DNA from: a virus
DNA length: 64,000 bases
Virus record (IMG/VR): IMGVR_UViG_3300025732_000018
Direction: 5' to 3' (one strand)
Shown: positions 9,972-20,145 of the stretch, piece after piece
How positions within the stretch are numbered: position 1 is the stretch's first letter
How the letters are laid out: each line of letters starts with the position of its first letter
Notes under the pieces: generated by a model
What the model was told of the DNA's origin: nothing
The model's database searches: none
What the model saw: only the letters and a program-made list of their open reading frames with translations
Made by a program: the position numbers and the translations under genes

Positions 9972-11705
9972 ATGCACAAGATTGACATGCAACTGAAGCT
10001 TATGCTCGACGGAAGGTTCGACGAGGCTTGGCAACTCTCAGAGGAGATGCAGGCGATCGGGCCAGAGAACCTCCTCGATGCGCGCGGTCAAAAGAACCCA
10101 GAGATGTGGGTCAGACACAGCTTCAACCGAGGCTGGTTCCTCCTTCAGCAGAACAAGTACAAAGAGGGGTGCCAGCTCCTTGAGAACGGTCGCTTCATCA
10201 AGGTCTACGGCAGCCCACCGATGAAGACTACGGCTCCTCTCTTCAACCCAGAGGAGCACGACGTCAAGGGTAAGTCGATAATCATCTCGCTCGAGGGAGG
10301 ATACGGCGACGAGATGATCCACGCTCGCTTCGCTACTTCGTTCAAGAACCTCGGCGCGGAGAACGTCTACCTCGCGGCGGACCCGTCGCTTCACTCTATC
10401 TTAGAGCGCATAGACGGCGTGACCAAGTGCATAACGCGAGCCGAGGCGCACACGGTTCACCACGACTACTGGCTTCCTGGCTTCTCGGCGGGGTGGTTGT
10501 CTGGTCATACGTTCGACGACTTCCCTGGAAAACCTTACCTCACCGCGAAGCCAGAGTCGGTCGATATGTGGAAGAGCGTCCTCAACTCTGACAAGAAGAA
10601 GGTCGGCATCCGCTGGGCAGGCAACCCGAAGTTCGAGCACCAGCAGTTCAGGCGCTTCCCAGAGAAGTTCATGACCCAGATGTCAGAGTACGAGGGCCTG
10701 CAGCTCTACTCCCTCCAGAGAGACAACAACGTTATCGAGCTTCCCGAGAAGATCATCGACCTCCAGCACCTACTGATCTCGTGGGAGGACACCGCCGCGG
10801 CGATCATGAACCTAGACCTAGTGATCACCTCATGTACCTCAGTGGCGCATCTCTCTGCAGCTTTGGGCAAGGAGACGTGGGTGATGGTGCCGATCCTCCC
10901 CTACCACACCTGGACACTGAACGCTCCGTACTCGACTTCCTCACCTTACTACGAGAGCGTCAGACTCTATCGACAAGAGAAGAAGAGCGAGTGGAACCAA
11001 CCGTTTCAGCGTCTCTACGCAGACCTCGAGAGAAAGTTTGACCTTCCTCACCTAGACCTCCCTACACAAGACAAGGAGGTCAAAAGGTTAAACCTCGGGT
11101 GCGGCTTCAAGAAGCACGAAGGATTCGTTAACGTCGACGCCTCGAGCATATGCTCACCGGATCAGGTCGTAGACCTCAACAGCAAGACGTGGCCGTGGAA
11201 GGACGACGAGTTCAGTCACGTCATAGCCAAGGACATCCTTGAGCACCTCGGTCACTCCGGCGTCAAGTTTGAGGACATCATCAAGGAGATGTACAGGGTC
11301 TCTGACAACGGGGCAGTCTGGGAGGTTCAGTTCCCTCACTGGAACTGCGACATAGCCAAGTCAGACCCGGAGCACGTTCGACTGCTGACCATCGACACCT
11401 TCAAGCTCTTCGACAAGAAGCGTTGCTACGAGAAGGCTGTGGCTGGTGAGACCGACTCGTACCACGCTTTCACGCACGACGTGGACATCGAGGTTCTCGA
11501 GCACGCGCTGGAGTTCACCGGTGAGCTGCAGAAGATGATAGACTCCGGACAGATAGGTGAGGGTGAGCTCGAGCACGCCATCAACCACCTGAACAACACG
11601 GTGCTGTCAGTGAAGCTTCTCATTCAGGTCCACAAGCCTGGAAGACACGACCGTCAGGAGTTGGACCGCGAGCTAAGGAAGGCAGCCCTCCATGGATCTA
11701 TCTAA
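9972..11705 (+). CDS. TPR-like/GT-B (GT9-like) glycosyltransferase fused to a C-terminal SAM-methyltransferase-like domain
   Basis: EGGYGDEMIHARF, KVGIRWAGNP and DTAAAIMNLDLVITSCTSVAHLSAALGK (TPR-GT9-type motifs). C-terminal RLNLGCG...VNVD...EHL. Start moved to ATG 9972, which has a GGAG SD. Confidence 0.75.
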   Translation: MHKIDMQLKLMLDGRFDEAWQLSEEMQAIGPENLLDARGQKNPEMWVRHSFNRGWFLLQQNKYKEGCQLLENGRFIKVYGSPPMKTTAPLFNPEEHDVKGKSIIISLEGGYGDEMIHARFATSFKNLGAENVYLAADPSLHSILERIDGVTKCITRAEAHTVHHDYWLPGFSAGWLSGHTFDDFPGKPYLTAKPESVDMWKSVLNSDKKKVGIRWAGNPKFEHQQFRRFPEKFMTQMSEYEGLQLYSLQRDNNVIELPEKIIDLQHLLISWEDTAAAIMNLDLVITSCTSVAHLSAALGKETWVMVPILPYHTWTLNAPYSTSSPYYESVRLYRQEKKSEWNQPFQRLYADLERKFDLPHLDLPTQDKEVKRLNLGCGFKKHEGFVNVDASSICSPDQVVDLNSKTWPWKDDEFSHVIAKDILEHLGHSGVKFEDIIKEMYRVSDNGAVWEVQFPHWNCDIAKSDPEHVRLLTIDTFKLFDKKRCYEKAVAGETDSYHAFTHDVDIEVLEHALEFTGELQKMIDSGQIGEGELEHAINHLNNTVLSVKLLIQVHKPGRHDRQELDRELRKAALHGSI

Positions 11706-12399
11706 GTCTCTAAACTTCGGGTATGATACCTCGGTAGAGTCAGCCTACATCATCACGATCAAAGACCACTCCGAGTCAGAGAGACTAGCCAAGGGATGTC
11801 AGCGATCTTGCGACATAGCCGGCATGCCGTGGAAGACATGGGACGCCTTCGACGCTACCGACGGCAAGACCATAAAGATACCTGAGCACTCTAAAGACTC
11901 GTCGTGGCTGAAGTGGGTGAAGGTGTACGATCATCACCTATCAATCACCGAGATAGCATGCTTCTTCAGCCACGCTAGCCTCTGGGCGAGGTGTCTCGAG
12001 ATGGACAGGCCGATAGTCATCCTCGAGCACGACGCCATCATGGTCCAGCGCTACCCTCACATGACTGCCTACAACAGCATCGTGTACCTCGGGGGAGAGG
12101 AGCAGAAGAACCACAGGATGCCGGTAGGTCCCGTGCCGCCTCACGGCTCCCTCAACAACAACTATCACTTCATCTGCAGGGCGCACGCCTACGCCATAGA
12201 CCCACCGATGGCCAAGAACCTGCTCGGCACCCTGATCCAGAGGGGCATATGCGAGAGTCTAGACGTCATCATGAGGGCGGACCTCTTCAACATCAGTCAG
12301 GCAGGCCTGTACGCCTACGACAGGTTCGAGGGTACTACGATCGTTAATAGAAAGAAAGACGTCAGCCTCAAGGACGAGAACGTGGGCAATGAGCGGTAG
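11692..12399 (+). CDS. Glycosyltransferase family 25-like protein
   Basis: EIACFFSHASLW...IVILEHDA and AHAYAI motifs of GT25. Confidence 0.75.
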   Translation: MDLSKSLNFGYDTSVESAYIITIKDHSESERLAKGCQRSCDIAGMPWKTWDAFDATDGKTIKIPEHSKDSSWLKWVKVYDHHLSITEIACFFSHASLWARCLEMDRPIVILEHDAIMVQRYPHMTAYNSIVYLGGEEQKNHRMPVGPVPPHGSLNNNYHFICRAHAYAIDPPMAKNLLGTLIQRGICESLDVIMRADLFNISQAGLYAYDRFEGTTIVNRKKDVSLKDENVGNER

Positions 12400-12404
12400 G
12401 TTCT

Positions 12405-12412
12405 TATAAATA
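12405..12412 (+). promoter_or_regulatory. T4-type late promoter TATAAATA
   Basis: Exact consensus, intergenic, upstream of fibre 2. Confidence 0.8.
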
Positions 12413-12451
12413 ACCTAGATTCCCACCAACAACAAATAAGAACGAGCTCAA

Positions 12452-15400
12452 ATGGCCGATACTATCTGGGACTACAGCGGTTCAGTACAGGAGCTGATCG
12501 ATCTCTACAACAGCTGGTCTACTCTTCCACTCGAGGAGCAGGCAGCCAAGGAGGGAACTCGGTTTCTTATCACTGGTGACGGCTTTACTAACGGGGCCGG
12601 AGCTTGGTTTGACTGGGGGCTAGACGGCGGTATCATATGGGTCTACAGTATCACACCGTCTTGGTGGGTCTGGTATAATAATGAAAAGGTAACCACGTCA
12701 CCGTTTGGTTCCACTCTACCAGGATACGCAGCTGACGTAGTCTATATGCTTAATGCAGTCGGTCTACCCGGCTCAACTTCGGCATTTCCTTCTAACACCC
12801 CCCGCTACAGCTTCTGGGGAGAAGCCAGAGTACAAGGATATACCGGTTCACGCGGCATGATCGGCTACACTGGTACGATCGGCTTCGCAGGATCTATCGG
12901 TTATGCCGGCTCTCGAGGCTACACTGGCTCGTCAGGCTACACCGGGTCCGCATCTACTTTCCCAGGATACACCGGATCTCAGGGCTACACCGGATCTGCA
13001 ATCGTCGGCTCTCGCGGTTACACCGGGTCTGCGTCTACGGTCATCGGCTACACTGGAAGCATTGGGTACACCGGCTCCAAGGGTGTACAGGGCATTCAAG
13101 GAAACACCGGTTATACCGGATCCGAGGGTCCTCCCAACGGCTACACCGGCTCTAGAGGTAGCACCGGCTACACTGGCTCGGTTGGATACTCTGGAAGCCT
13201 AGGCTACACTGGATCGAGAGGACTGACTGGATTCTCCGGATCTGGCTTCGCCGGCTCTCAGGGATACACTGGCTCACTCGGCTACACGGGCTCACAGGGC
13301 TACAGCGGCTCTGCCGGATTCACCGGATCGGCGTCGACTGCTCCGGGATACACCGGATCTATCGGATACACGGGTTCAGCTGGTTACACCGGCAGCAGGG
13401 GTCTAACAGGCATACAAGGAGACCAAGGTCTTGCTGGCTACACCGGTTCGGTAGGAGAGTCGCTGCAGCCGGACGAGGTCGGACCTCTCTCTGGCAGAAG
13501 TGCTTACGACACTCAAGCTAAAGGATTCGCGTACCTAGCGACCGACACCGACTCCATCTACTATAAGCTCAGCGCTACTTCTGGCGACTGGTCAGACCCT
13601 ATAGCTCTCCTTCGCGGATTCACTGGGTCGCAGGGCTTCACTGGATCTTTTGGATTCACCGGCTCAGTCGGGTTCGTAGGGTCTCTCGGCTACACTGGTA
13701 GCATCGGCTACACTGGATCGATAGGCTACACTGGATCGCAGGGCTTCACCGGGTCTAAGGGATTCACCGGCTCCGCGTCTGAGATTCCTGGTTACAGCGG
13801 TTCTCGCGGCTTCACCGGCTCGGTAGGCTTCGTAGGATCTCAGGGCGTTCAAGGATGGACTGGCTCGCAAGGTCCGCCGGACGGATACACCGGTTCTAGA
13901 GGTTACACCGGCTCACTGGGGTCTCTTGGCTACACCGGCAGCATCGGCTACACCGGATCTCAAGGCATCCGCGGCTACACGGGTTCAGTAGGTTTCGTAG
14001 GTTCTGCCAGCACGACGCCAGGGTACACCGGCTCGAAGGGCGACTCTGGCTACACCGGATCCAAGGGAGACATAGGCTACACCGGTTACACCGGCTCTAA
14101 GGGTGACCCAGACGGATACACTGGATCTACCGGAGCTCAGGGATACACCGGCTCGCGCGGCTTCGGCTACTCCGGAGTTGCTAGCTCGACCAACATAAAC
14201 GCCTCAGGTACTGGTAACAAGACCTGGGTGATGAACCAGTCCTACACGCAGAACGCTTTCGAGCCTGGAATGCGCGTCAGGATGATATGCGTCGACGACC
14301 CGAACGTCTCGAACGAGGGTAACATCGTCAGCTACGTCGGAACCAACTTGACCATCTCGGTCGACGCGGTCGACGGCGCAGGATTCCAGAACAACTGGAT
14401 ACTCGCTGCTACGGGACGCGTCGGATACCTAGGCTACTCAGGATCTAGGGGCTACACCGGCTCGGTAGGATTTACCGGCTCGGTAGGCTTCGTCGGATCG
14501 GTCGGATTCGCTGGGTCTAGGGGATACACCGGATCGCAGGGTGACATCGGTTACACCGGATCTGCCTCTACCGTCGCCGGCCCTCTCGGCTACACGGGCT
14601 CACAGGGCTACAGCGGGTCGAGGGGCGACACCGGAGCTACCGGCTTCGTAGGGTCTCAAGGTGACCTAGGCTACACCGGCTCTCGCGGCTTCGGTGGAAG
14701 TCAGGGTTACGCTGGATCGCGCGGCTTCACTGGATCGATAGGCGACACGGGCTACACCGGATCCGCCTCGTCGACTCCAGGGTACACCGGCTCACTTGGC
14801 TATACCGGGTCTAGAGGATACAACGGAAGCCAGGGCGACATAGGCTACACCGGCAGCCTAGGCTACACGGGATCTCAGGGACCGATCGGCTACGTCGGAT
14901 CTGCTTCTACCGAGATAGGTCCTACGGGATACACCGGTAGCATCGGTTACACTGGATCGAGAGGCTACGCTGGATCGATCGGTGATACTGGATTCACCGG
15001 CTCGTTCGGAACGACAGGCTACACCGGATCGTTTGGGTTTACCGGATCGAAGGGCGACATCGGGTACTCAGGATCTGCGTCTACCGTTCCTGGTTATACG
15101 GGAAGTCTGGGTTACACTGGATCGCAAGGAGACATCGGCTACACCGGTTCAGCCTCTACTGTAGCTGGACCTACTGGTTACTCCGGCTCACAGGGTGACA
15201 TCGGTTACACTGGATCTAAAGGATTCACCGGATCGTTCGGTAACACCGGCTACACCGGCTCTGCTGGTGCGGGATTTACCGGCTCGCAGGGTGACACAGG
15301 CTTCACTGGATCGGGTGGATACACCGGATCGTTCGGATACACCGGGTCGGCTGGATCATTCGTCGTACCAGGTACGAACACACAGGTAGTGTTCAACGAC

Positions 15401-15811
15401 GGCGGTAACGCTAACACCGCGGCTACCTTCGTGTACGACAAGACCAACGGCAGGGTCGGTGTGGGAACTGCCTCGCCGGCGGCCACGATCGACGTGACCG
15501 GAAACTATGGCATGAACATCGTCACTGTCACTGCGTCGGACATCGACTGCTCTCAGGGCAACTACTTCACTAAGACTGCATCTGGAGCTCTGACGTGGAC
15601 CTTCTCTAACGTACCGGCTTCTAGGGCGGTGCTCGTGATCCTCGAGCTCACCAACGGTGGCACCGGAACTCAGACCTGGCCGGCGTCTGTTAAGTGGCCA
15701 GGTGGAACGGCACCAGTTCTAACGGTGTCTGGAGTAGACGTCATAACGTTCCTAACTGACGACAGCGGCACGACGTGGCGCGGTAACCCGACCATGTTGG
15801 ACAGCAAGTAA
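12452..15811 (+). CDS. Collagen-like (GYTGS/GFTGS repeat) tail fibre protein 2
   Basis: Three Gly-X-Y blocks separated by globular inserts; C-terminal domain paralogous to fibre 1. Confidence 0.8.
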   Translation: MADTIWDYSGSVQELIDLYNSWSTLPLEEQAAKEGTRFLITGDGFTNGAGAWFDWGLDGGIIWVYSITPSWWVWYNNEKVTTSPFGSTLPGYAADVVYMLNAVGLPGSTSAFPSNTPRYSFWGEARVQGYTGSRGMIGYTGTIGFAGSIGYAGSRGYTGSSGYTGSASTFPGYTGSQGYTGSAIVGSRGYTGSASTVIGYTGSIGYTGSKGVQGIQGNTGYTGSEGPPNGYTGSRGSTGYTGSVGYSGSLGYTGSRGLTGFSGSGFAGSQGYTGSLGYTGSQGYSGSAGFTGSASTAPGYTGSIGYTGSAGYTGSRGLTGIQGDQGLAGYTGSVGESLQPDEVGPLSGRSAYDTQAKGFAYLATDTDSIYYKLSATSGDWSDPIALLRGFTGSQGFTGSFGFTGSVGFVGSLGYTGSIGYTGSIGYTGSQGFTGSKGFTGSASEIPGYSGSRGFTGSVGFVGSQGVQGWTGSQGPPDGYTGSRGYTGSLGSLGYTGSIGYTGSQGIRGYTGSVGFVGSASTTPGYTGSKGDSGYTGSKGDIGYTGYTGSKGDPDGYTGSTGAQGYTGSRGFGYSGVASSTNINASGTGNKTWVMNQSYTQNAFEPGMRVRMICVDDPNVSNEGNIVSYVGTNLTISVDAVDGAGFQNNWILAATGRVGYLGYSGSRGYTGSVGFTGSVGFVGSVGFAGSRGYTGSQGDIGYTGSASTVAGPLGYTGSQGYSGSRGDTGATGFVGSQGDLGYTGSRGFGGSQGYAGSRGFTGSIGDTGYTGSASSTPGYTGSLGYTGSRGYNGSQGDIGYTGSLGYTGSQGPIGYVGSASTEIGPTGYTGSIGYTGSRGYAGSIGDTGFTGSFGTTGYTGSFGFTGSKGDIGYSGSASTVPGYTGSLGYTGSQGDIGYTGSASTVAGPTGYSGSQGDIGYTGSKGFTGSFGNTGYTGSAGAGFTGSQGDTGFTGSGGYTGSFGYTGSAGSFVVPGTNTQVVFNDGGNANTAATFVYDKTNGRVGVGTASPAATIDVTGNYGMNIVTVTASDIDCSQGNYFTKTASGALTWTFSNVPASRAVLVILELTNGGTGTQTWPASVKWPGGTAPVLTVSGVDVITFLTDDSGTTWRGNPTMLDSK

Positions 15812-15823
15812 CAGGTAGAAGAG

Positions 15824-16321
15824 ATGGCTAGATACGCTTACGTAGATAACAACGAGATAGTAGAGCTAGTAGATCAGCTACCGAAGAGCTGGAAGAACTA
15901 CAGCAACTTTGATCTTATGGACCCTCAGTCCCTATTCGAGCTGGGTTGGCTTCCGGTCGACGAGTCTCAGGTAGTCGTACCCCCGTTCAACGGACTAGCA
16001 GAGAGAGCCGTAGTCAACTACGAGATCACTCCGTCTGGTGTTAGAGCGTTCGTGACGATAGTTCCTCATGACTCGACGTCGGAGCAGGAGGTCAGACAGG
16101 CCTACATGGCCGCTCTGAGAGACAGAAGAAACTCGAAGCTGCAGCAGTGTGACTGGACTGTGCTTCCCGACTCCATAGAGTCTAGAGGACAGCAGTGGAA
16201 GGAGCAGTGGGCCTCCTACAGGCAGACGCTGAGAGACTTTCCGTCGTTCTACGAGACAGTTCCTCTCAGCGATCTACCGGACATCGACTCTATTCTATGG
16301 CCTATTCCCCCAGCGGTTTAA
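15824..16321 (+). CDS. Tail fibre assembly chaperone-like protein 2
   Basis: LRDRRNSKLQQCDWTVLPD...WASYRQTLRDFP; paralog of 1726..2208, including the N-terminus. Confidence 0.8.
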   Translation: MARYAYVDNNEIVELVDQLPKSWKNYSNFDLMDPQSLFELGWLPVDESQVVVPPFNGLAERAVVNYEITPSGVRAFVTIVPHDSTSEQEVRQAYMAALRDRRNSKLQQCDWTVLPDSIESRGQQWKEQWASYRQTLRDFPSFYETVPLSDLPDIDSILWPIPPAV

Positions 16322-16337
16322 TATCGAGAACTAACAG

Positions 16338-18701
16338 ATGCTGATCCTTGGCTCAGGAATTATGAGAAAGAAAGTTCAGAGTGACTCTCTGTTCGGGGCC
16401 GGCTATAGTACTTGGTATAGTCTCGGAAACAGCTTTGATGGTGCTAGAAGCTCTCCAGTCGCGGTGACTGCAGCCGGAAACCCTCTGATCTACAAGTCTT
16501 GGAAGACTGTTACTGGAACTAACGGAAACACCGCGGCGTTAAACAGCGTCGGAGAGCTCTACGTCTGGGGTGACAATAACTTTGGACAGTGGGGAAACAA
16601 GACTGCAGGAAATACGAGTCTAGCTCAGCCTGGATTTGACAGAGCGACGCATAGGTCTAGCCCTACGCTGGTTCCCTCTACAGGAAGTTGGACAGTAATT
16701 TCTGTCGGAGGTTACTCGGGGGAAGAGTATAGAGAAGTATGCAATACTGGAATCTACGACCCTAGCGCTCACGTTGCAGGGATCAAGTCAGACGGGACTC
16801 TCTGGACCTGGGGTTACGGGATCTACGGTAAGCTTGGAGCTGGAAACACTTTTAGCAGGTCTTCTCCTACTCAGCTTGGAACTAAGACTGACTGGGTAGA
16901 CGTTGCGTGCGGACCGGAGTTTACGATAGCGTGCGACTCTGCGGGTGACTTGTACGCGTGGGGACACAACTACAGAGGTCAGCTCGGTGACGGAACTACT
17001 ATCGACAGGTCTTCACCGGTCCTCGTGTCCTCAGTTAGAAACTACACCAAGGTCTACGCATCTGGGATGAAGTCGTTCGCAGTCGACGACACTAATCAGT
17101 TGTACTGGGCAGGAGCCGGAGCGAACGCTACATCCCTTGGATACTATCCGACATCAATCGACTCATTGACTCACTCGTCAGTAACCCTTGGAAACAACTT
17201 CTCTAGCGGTTCGATGGGTCCTCAGCACGGTCTGTTCATAAAGACTACCGGCGCTCTATACGCGGCTGGAATCAACGACTACGGGCAGCTTGGTCTCAAC
17301 GACACTTTCAGCAGGTCGAGCTTTGTTCAAGTAGGAGCTGGAACCAACTGGTCAACCGTTATAGTGTCAGCCAGCCACACGCTAGCTCTCAACAACACCG
17401 GGTCTCTGTTCGTCTGGGGAAGAAATAACTACGGACAGCTTGGACTCGGCGACGTCGTGAACAGGTCTTCTCCGACTCTTCTGTCCACCGGCGTCTCTTA
17501 CGTAATGGCTGCTGGATATAACACCTTCTACGTTAAGACCGACGGTACCCTGTGGGCCGTCGGAACCGAGAGATCTGGTCAGCTAGGTAATCAAGACTTA
17601 CTGCTTGACTTTGACACACCACACATCAACAGATCTTCTCCGATTCAGATAGGCTCCGGATTCACGTCTAACATCTTTGGAAAGTCTAACTATCGCGGGG
17701 CTGGAGCTAAGAGCTATATAAACGACGGAAAGCTCTACATGTGGGGTGTCAACGGATACGCGGCTGCGGACGACAACGCTACGAGTTGGACACCATACAA
17801 AAACTTCTGGCTTATGGAGACGAACAGACTCTTCACCAAGGTGCCCGGATCATGGAGTGCTGTATCCATGGGAACTGAGTACGCAGTAGCTATCAAGTCA
17901 GATGGGACCCTATGGTCTTGGGGATCTAATGCATCTTATGGACAGCTTGGAATCAACCTTACTAGCGCAGCAGGAAACAACGGCAGAAGCATACCAGTTC
18001 TAGTATCAAGCGACACGACCTGGAAGAAAGTTCAGGCTGGATTTGGCGGAGCTCTAGCTCTAAAGGGAGCTAGCAGCCCATACAGCCTCTACGGCTGGGG
18101 ATACTACTACATCACGGGTCAGAACAGTTCTATAAACAGAAGCTCTCCGGTGATCATTGGAGCGGCAAACAACTGGAAAGACATAGGCTTCAGTGAGAAT
18201 AGTCTGACGGTCTACGCCGTGGATAAGAACGACAACATCTACGTGTGGGGATACAACAACGTAGGACAGCTAGGCTTAAGCGACACGATCGATCGCTTCA
18301 GTCCTGTGCTACTTGCTACAGGTCAAGCAGGGGCAAAGGTGCAGGCCGGACAGGATCACGGACATATAATTAAGTCCGACGGCTCGCTGTGGTCCACTGG
18401 AAGCAGCGCCTACGGACAGACCGCTCTCGGCTACACTAACGTTTCTAGCTTCACTCAGGTCGGAAGCTCCTCTTGGACAGCGGTAAGCGCCGGCCAGCAA
18501 CACTCTCTAGGCATAGACGCGGCTGGTCGCCTTTTTGCCTGGGGAAGAAACAACTACGGGCAGCTGATGGGTCCGTCTCCAAACATTATCACCTACACGT
18601 ACTCGACGGTTCAAGTCGGGTCTGGCGCTTACGGAAGTTGGACTCTCGTTCGTGCAGCGAGAGACAGCTCGTTCGCCTCAGCTAAGGTAGACATTACTTA
18701 A
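16338..18701 (+). CDS. RCC1/BLIP-II repeat protein 2 (787 aa)
   Basis: Repeats of LYAWGxNxxGQLG...DRSSP. Confidence 0.85.
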   Translation: MLILGSGIMRKKVQSDSLFGAGYSTWYSLGNSFDGARSSPVAVTAAGNPLIYKSWKTVTGTNGNTAALNSVGELYVWGDNNFGQWGNKTAGNTSLAQPGFDRATHRSSPTLVPSTGSWTVISVGGYSGEEYREVCNTGIYDPSAHVAGIKSDGTLWTWGYGIYGKLGAGNTFSRSSPTQLGTKTDWVDVACGPEFTIACDSAGDLYAWGHNYRGQLGDGTTIDRSSPVLVSSVRNYTKVYASGMKSFAVDDTNQLYWAGAGANATSLGYYPTSIDSLTHSSVTLGNNFSSGSMGPQHGLFIKTTGALYAAGINDYGQLGLNDTFSRSSFVQVGAGTNWSTVIVSASHTLALNNTGSLFVWGRNNYGQLGLGDVVNRSSPTLLSTGVSYVMAAGYNTFYVKTDGTLWAVGTERSGQLGNQDLLLDFDTPHINRSSPIQIGSGFTSNIFGKSNYRGAGAKSYINDGKLYMWGVNGYAAADDNATSWTPYKNFWLMETNRLFTKVPGSWSAVSMGTEYAVAIKSDGTLWSWGSNASYGQLGINLTSAAGNNGRSIPVLVSSDTTWKKVQAGFGGALALKGASSPYSLYGWGYYYITGQNSSINRSSPVIIGAANNWKDIGFSENSLTVYAVDKNDNIYVWGYNNVGQLGLSDTIDRFSPVLLATGQAGAKVQAGQDHGHIIKSDGSLWSTGSSAYGQTALGYTNVSSFTQVGSSSWTAVSAGQQHSLGIDAAGRLFAWGRNNYGQLMGPSPNIITYTYSTVQVGSGAYGSWTLVRAARDSSFASAKVDIT

Positions 18702-19473
18702 TCAAGTCGTTGTAGTTGTACTGCGCGCTCGTGAAGTACTGATACTTTCCCTGTAGCTTCAAGGGAAACTTGATTCTCTCTATTCTAGCGCCGGTCCTGC
18801 TAGCTATCGACTCAGCCACCTCTGTGAAGCTCTTAGGCGCAGCAGTACCTACGTCGTAGATTCCTGACTCTTTCTTGCACTCTAGGATAGTCTTCACGAC
18901 GCTGTTGACATGTATAAAGTCACGGTGAGCGCTGTCAGAGTTGTCGAAGATCTTTATGACTCTTGTCTCGTTCGCCTGCTGCATGAACTTGTAGTATGGA
19001 CTCGCCTGCTCCCCCTTCGACCCCTCGTTGTCACCGTACACATTGAAAAACCTCATCCCCCTCACGAGCTTGAACCTGCTCATGTTGTCCTCGACCCAGG
19101 CGTCGACGGTAGCCTTGGTCATGGCGTAGTAGTTAAGCGGGTTTATCCTGTACTGCTTTCCCTCACATGTGTTGCCATAGACCGACCCAGAGCTCGCGTA
19201 TGTGACCGGGATCTGGTAGTCGATCGCCTTCTCAAAGAGCCTGATGCTGAAGTCCACGTTGTGCGCGTGCAAGAGGTTAATGTCCTTGCAGGTCGTGTCT
19301 GATATTGCTCCGAGGTGATAGATCTCGTCGACGTTCTCCCACTCTATCGCGTCTAGGATGGTAAAGATGTCTGGGAGAGTGTTCGTCAGCGTGTCGTAGC
19401 AGGCGACCTGACCGTCAAGCTTTGCCAGCAGGTTCCTTCCAATGAATCCACAGTTACCGGTGACAAACTTCAT
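18694..19473 (-). CDS. hldD: ADP-L-glycero-D-manno-heptose 6-epimerase-like SDR
   Basis: TGNCGFIG, HLGAISDT, YASSGSVYG, YYAMTK and RFFNVYGDNEGSKGEQAS, matching HldD/RfaD motifs. Confidence 0.8.
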   Translation of the reverse strand: MKFVTGNCGFIGRNLLAKLDGQVACYDTLTNTLPDIFTILDAIEWENVDEIYHLGAISDTTCKDINLLHAHNVDFSIRLFEKAIDYQIPVTYASSGSVYGNTCEGKQYRINPLNYYAMTKATVDAWVEDNMSRFKLVRGMRFFNVYGDNEGSKGEQASPYYKFMQQANETRVIKIFDNSDSAHRDFIHVNSVVKTILECKKESGIYDVGTAAPKSFTEVAESIASRTGARIERIKFPLKLQGKYQYFTSAQYNYNDLIK

Positions 19474-19789
19474 CTTGGTTGATCTCCCTGTGAGGACCGG
19501 TGAAGTACAGGTCTGCGTTCATGGCCTTGTCGTCTATCCACACGTCGTACGACGGCTTCTTCATCTTCAAGCTAGTGTACCTGCAGCCCCACTCGTGAAG
19601 CTGTCTCTCGGTCAGTTCGCTCCAGTCGATACCAGAGTTTCCGCCGCGCGCGGTCCAGTAGTGGATCTCGTGACCCCAGTCGTACAGCATGTTGAAGTGG
19701 TTGATCCTATCCTTGATGGGCTCGCTCCTCGTGTAGTCAGACCCCTTGGTCCTGCATATGGTCCCGTCGATGTCGACCATGTACCTCAT
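19454..19789 (-). CDS. Small HAD-family phosphatase (possible GmhB analogue)
   Basis: DIDGT motif I, WTAR and KPSYDVWIDDKA. Confidence 0.7.
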   Translation of the reverse strand: MRYMVDIDGTICRTKGSDYTRSEPIKDRINHFNMLYDWGHEIHYWTARGGNSGIDWSELTERQLHEWGCRYTSLKMKKPSYDVWIDDKAMNADLYFTGPHREINQDEVCHR

Positions 19790-20145
19790 CGCTGAGAGTC
19801 TCCTGGCATCACGCGGTAGTTGTCGGCCGGATCGTCCTGACTTGACACCTCGAAGATGGAGGAGTCGTCCTCTAGAGCCTCGAGCTGGTGAACGAAGCCT
19901 GGCATCACACGCACCACGTGACCCATGACGATAGTCTCTTCTTTGATCTGGGCTGTAGACTGGTCTATGGTTCTAAGGTTGAAAGACCCAGTCACCACCA
20001 TGAAGGTCTCGTCCTTCTTCATGTGATAGTGCATGCTTCCCTTTGAGCCCGCCTTGTCAAACTGAAGTATCTTACCACAGTACAGCTCGTTTGAGGCAAA
20101 TATGATCTCTCTTCCCCATCCTTTTTCTACCGTCTGTCTACTCAT
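19786..20145 (-). CDS. Cupin-fold sugar isomerase-like protein
   Basis: VEKGWGRE, SMHYHMKKDETF and PGFVHQLEA cupin metal motifs. Confidence 0.75.
   Translation of the reverse strand: MSRQTVEKGWGREIIFASNELYCGKILQFDKAGSKGSMHYHMKKDETFMVVTGSFNLRTIDQSTAQIKEETIVMGHVVRVMPGFVHQLEALEDDSSIFEVSSQDDPADNYRVMPGDSQR

Noticed and set aside
1-15811. GGCTACACCGGCTC-type DNA repeats as a CRISPR array or satellite
   Set aside because: They are degenerate codons of in-frame GYTGS collagen repeats, with no unique spacers or constant repeat.
2219-18701. Diversity-generating retroelement acting on the RCC1 genes
   Set aside because: No reverse transcriptase in the window, and no near-identical TR/VR pair differing only at adenines was seen.
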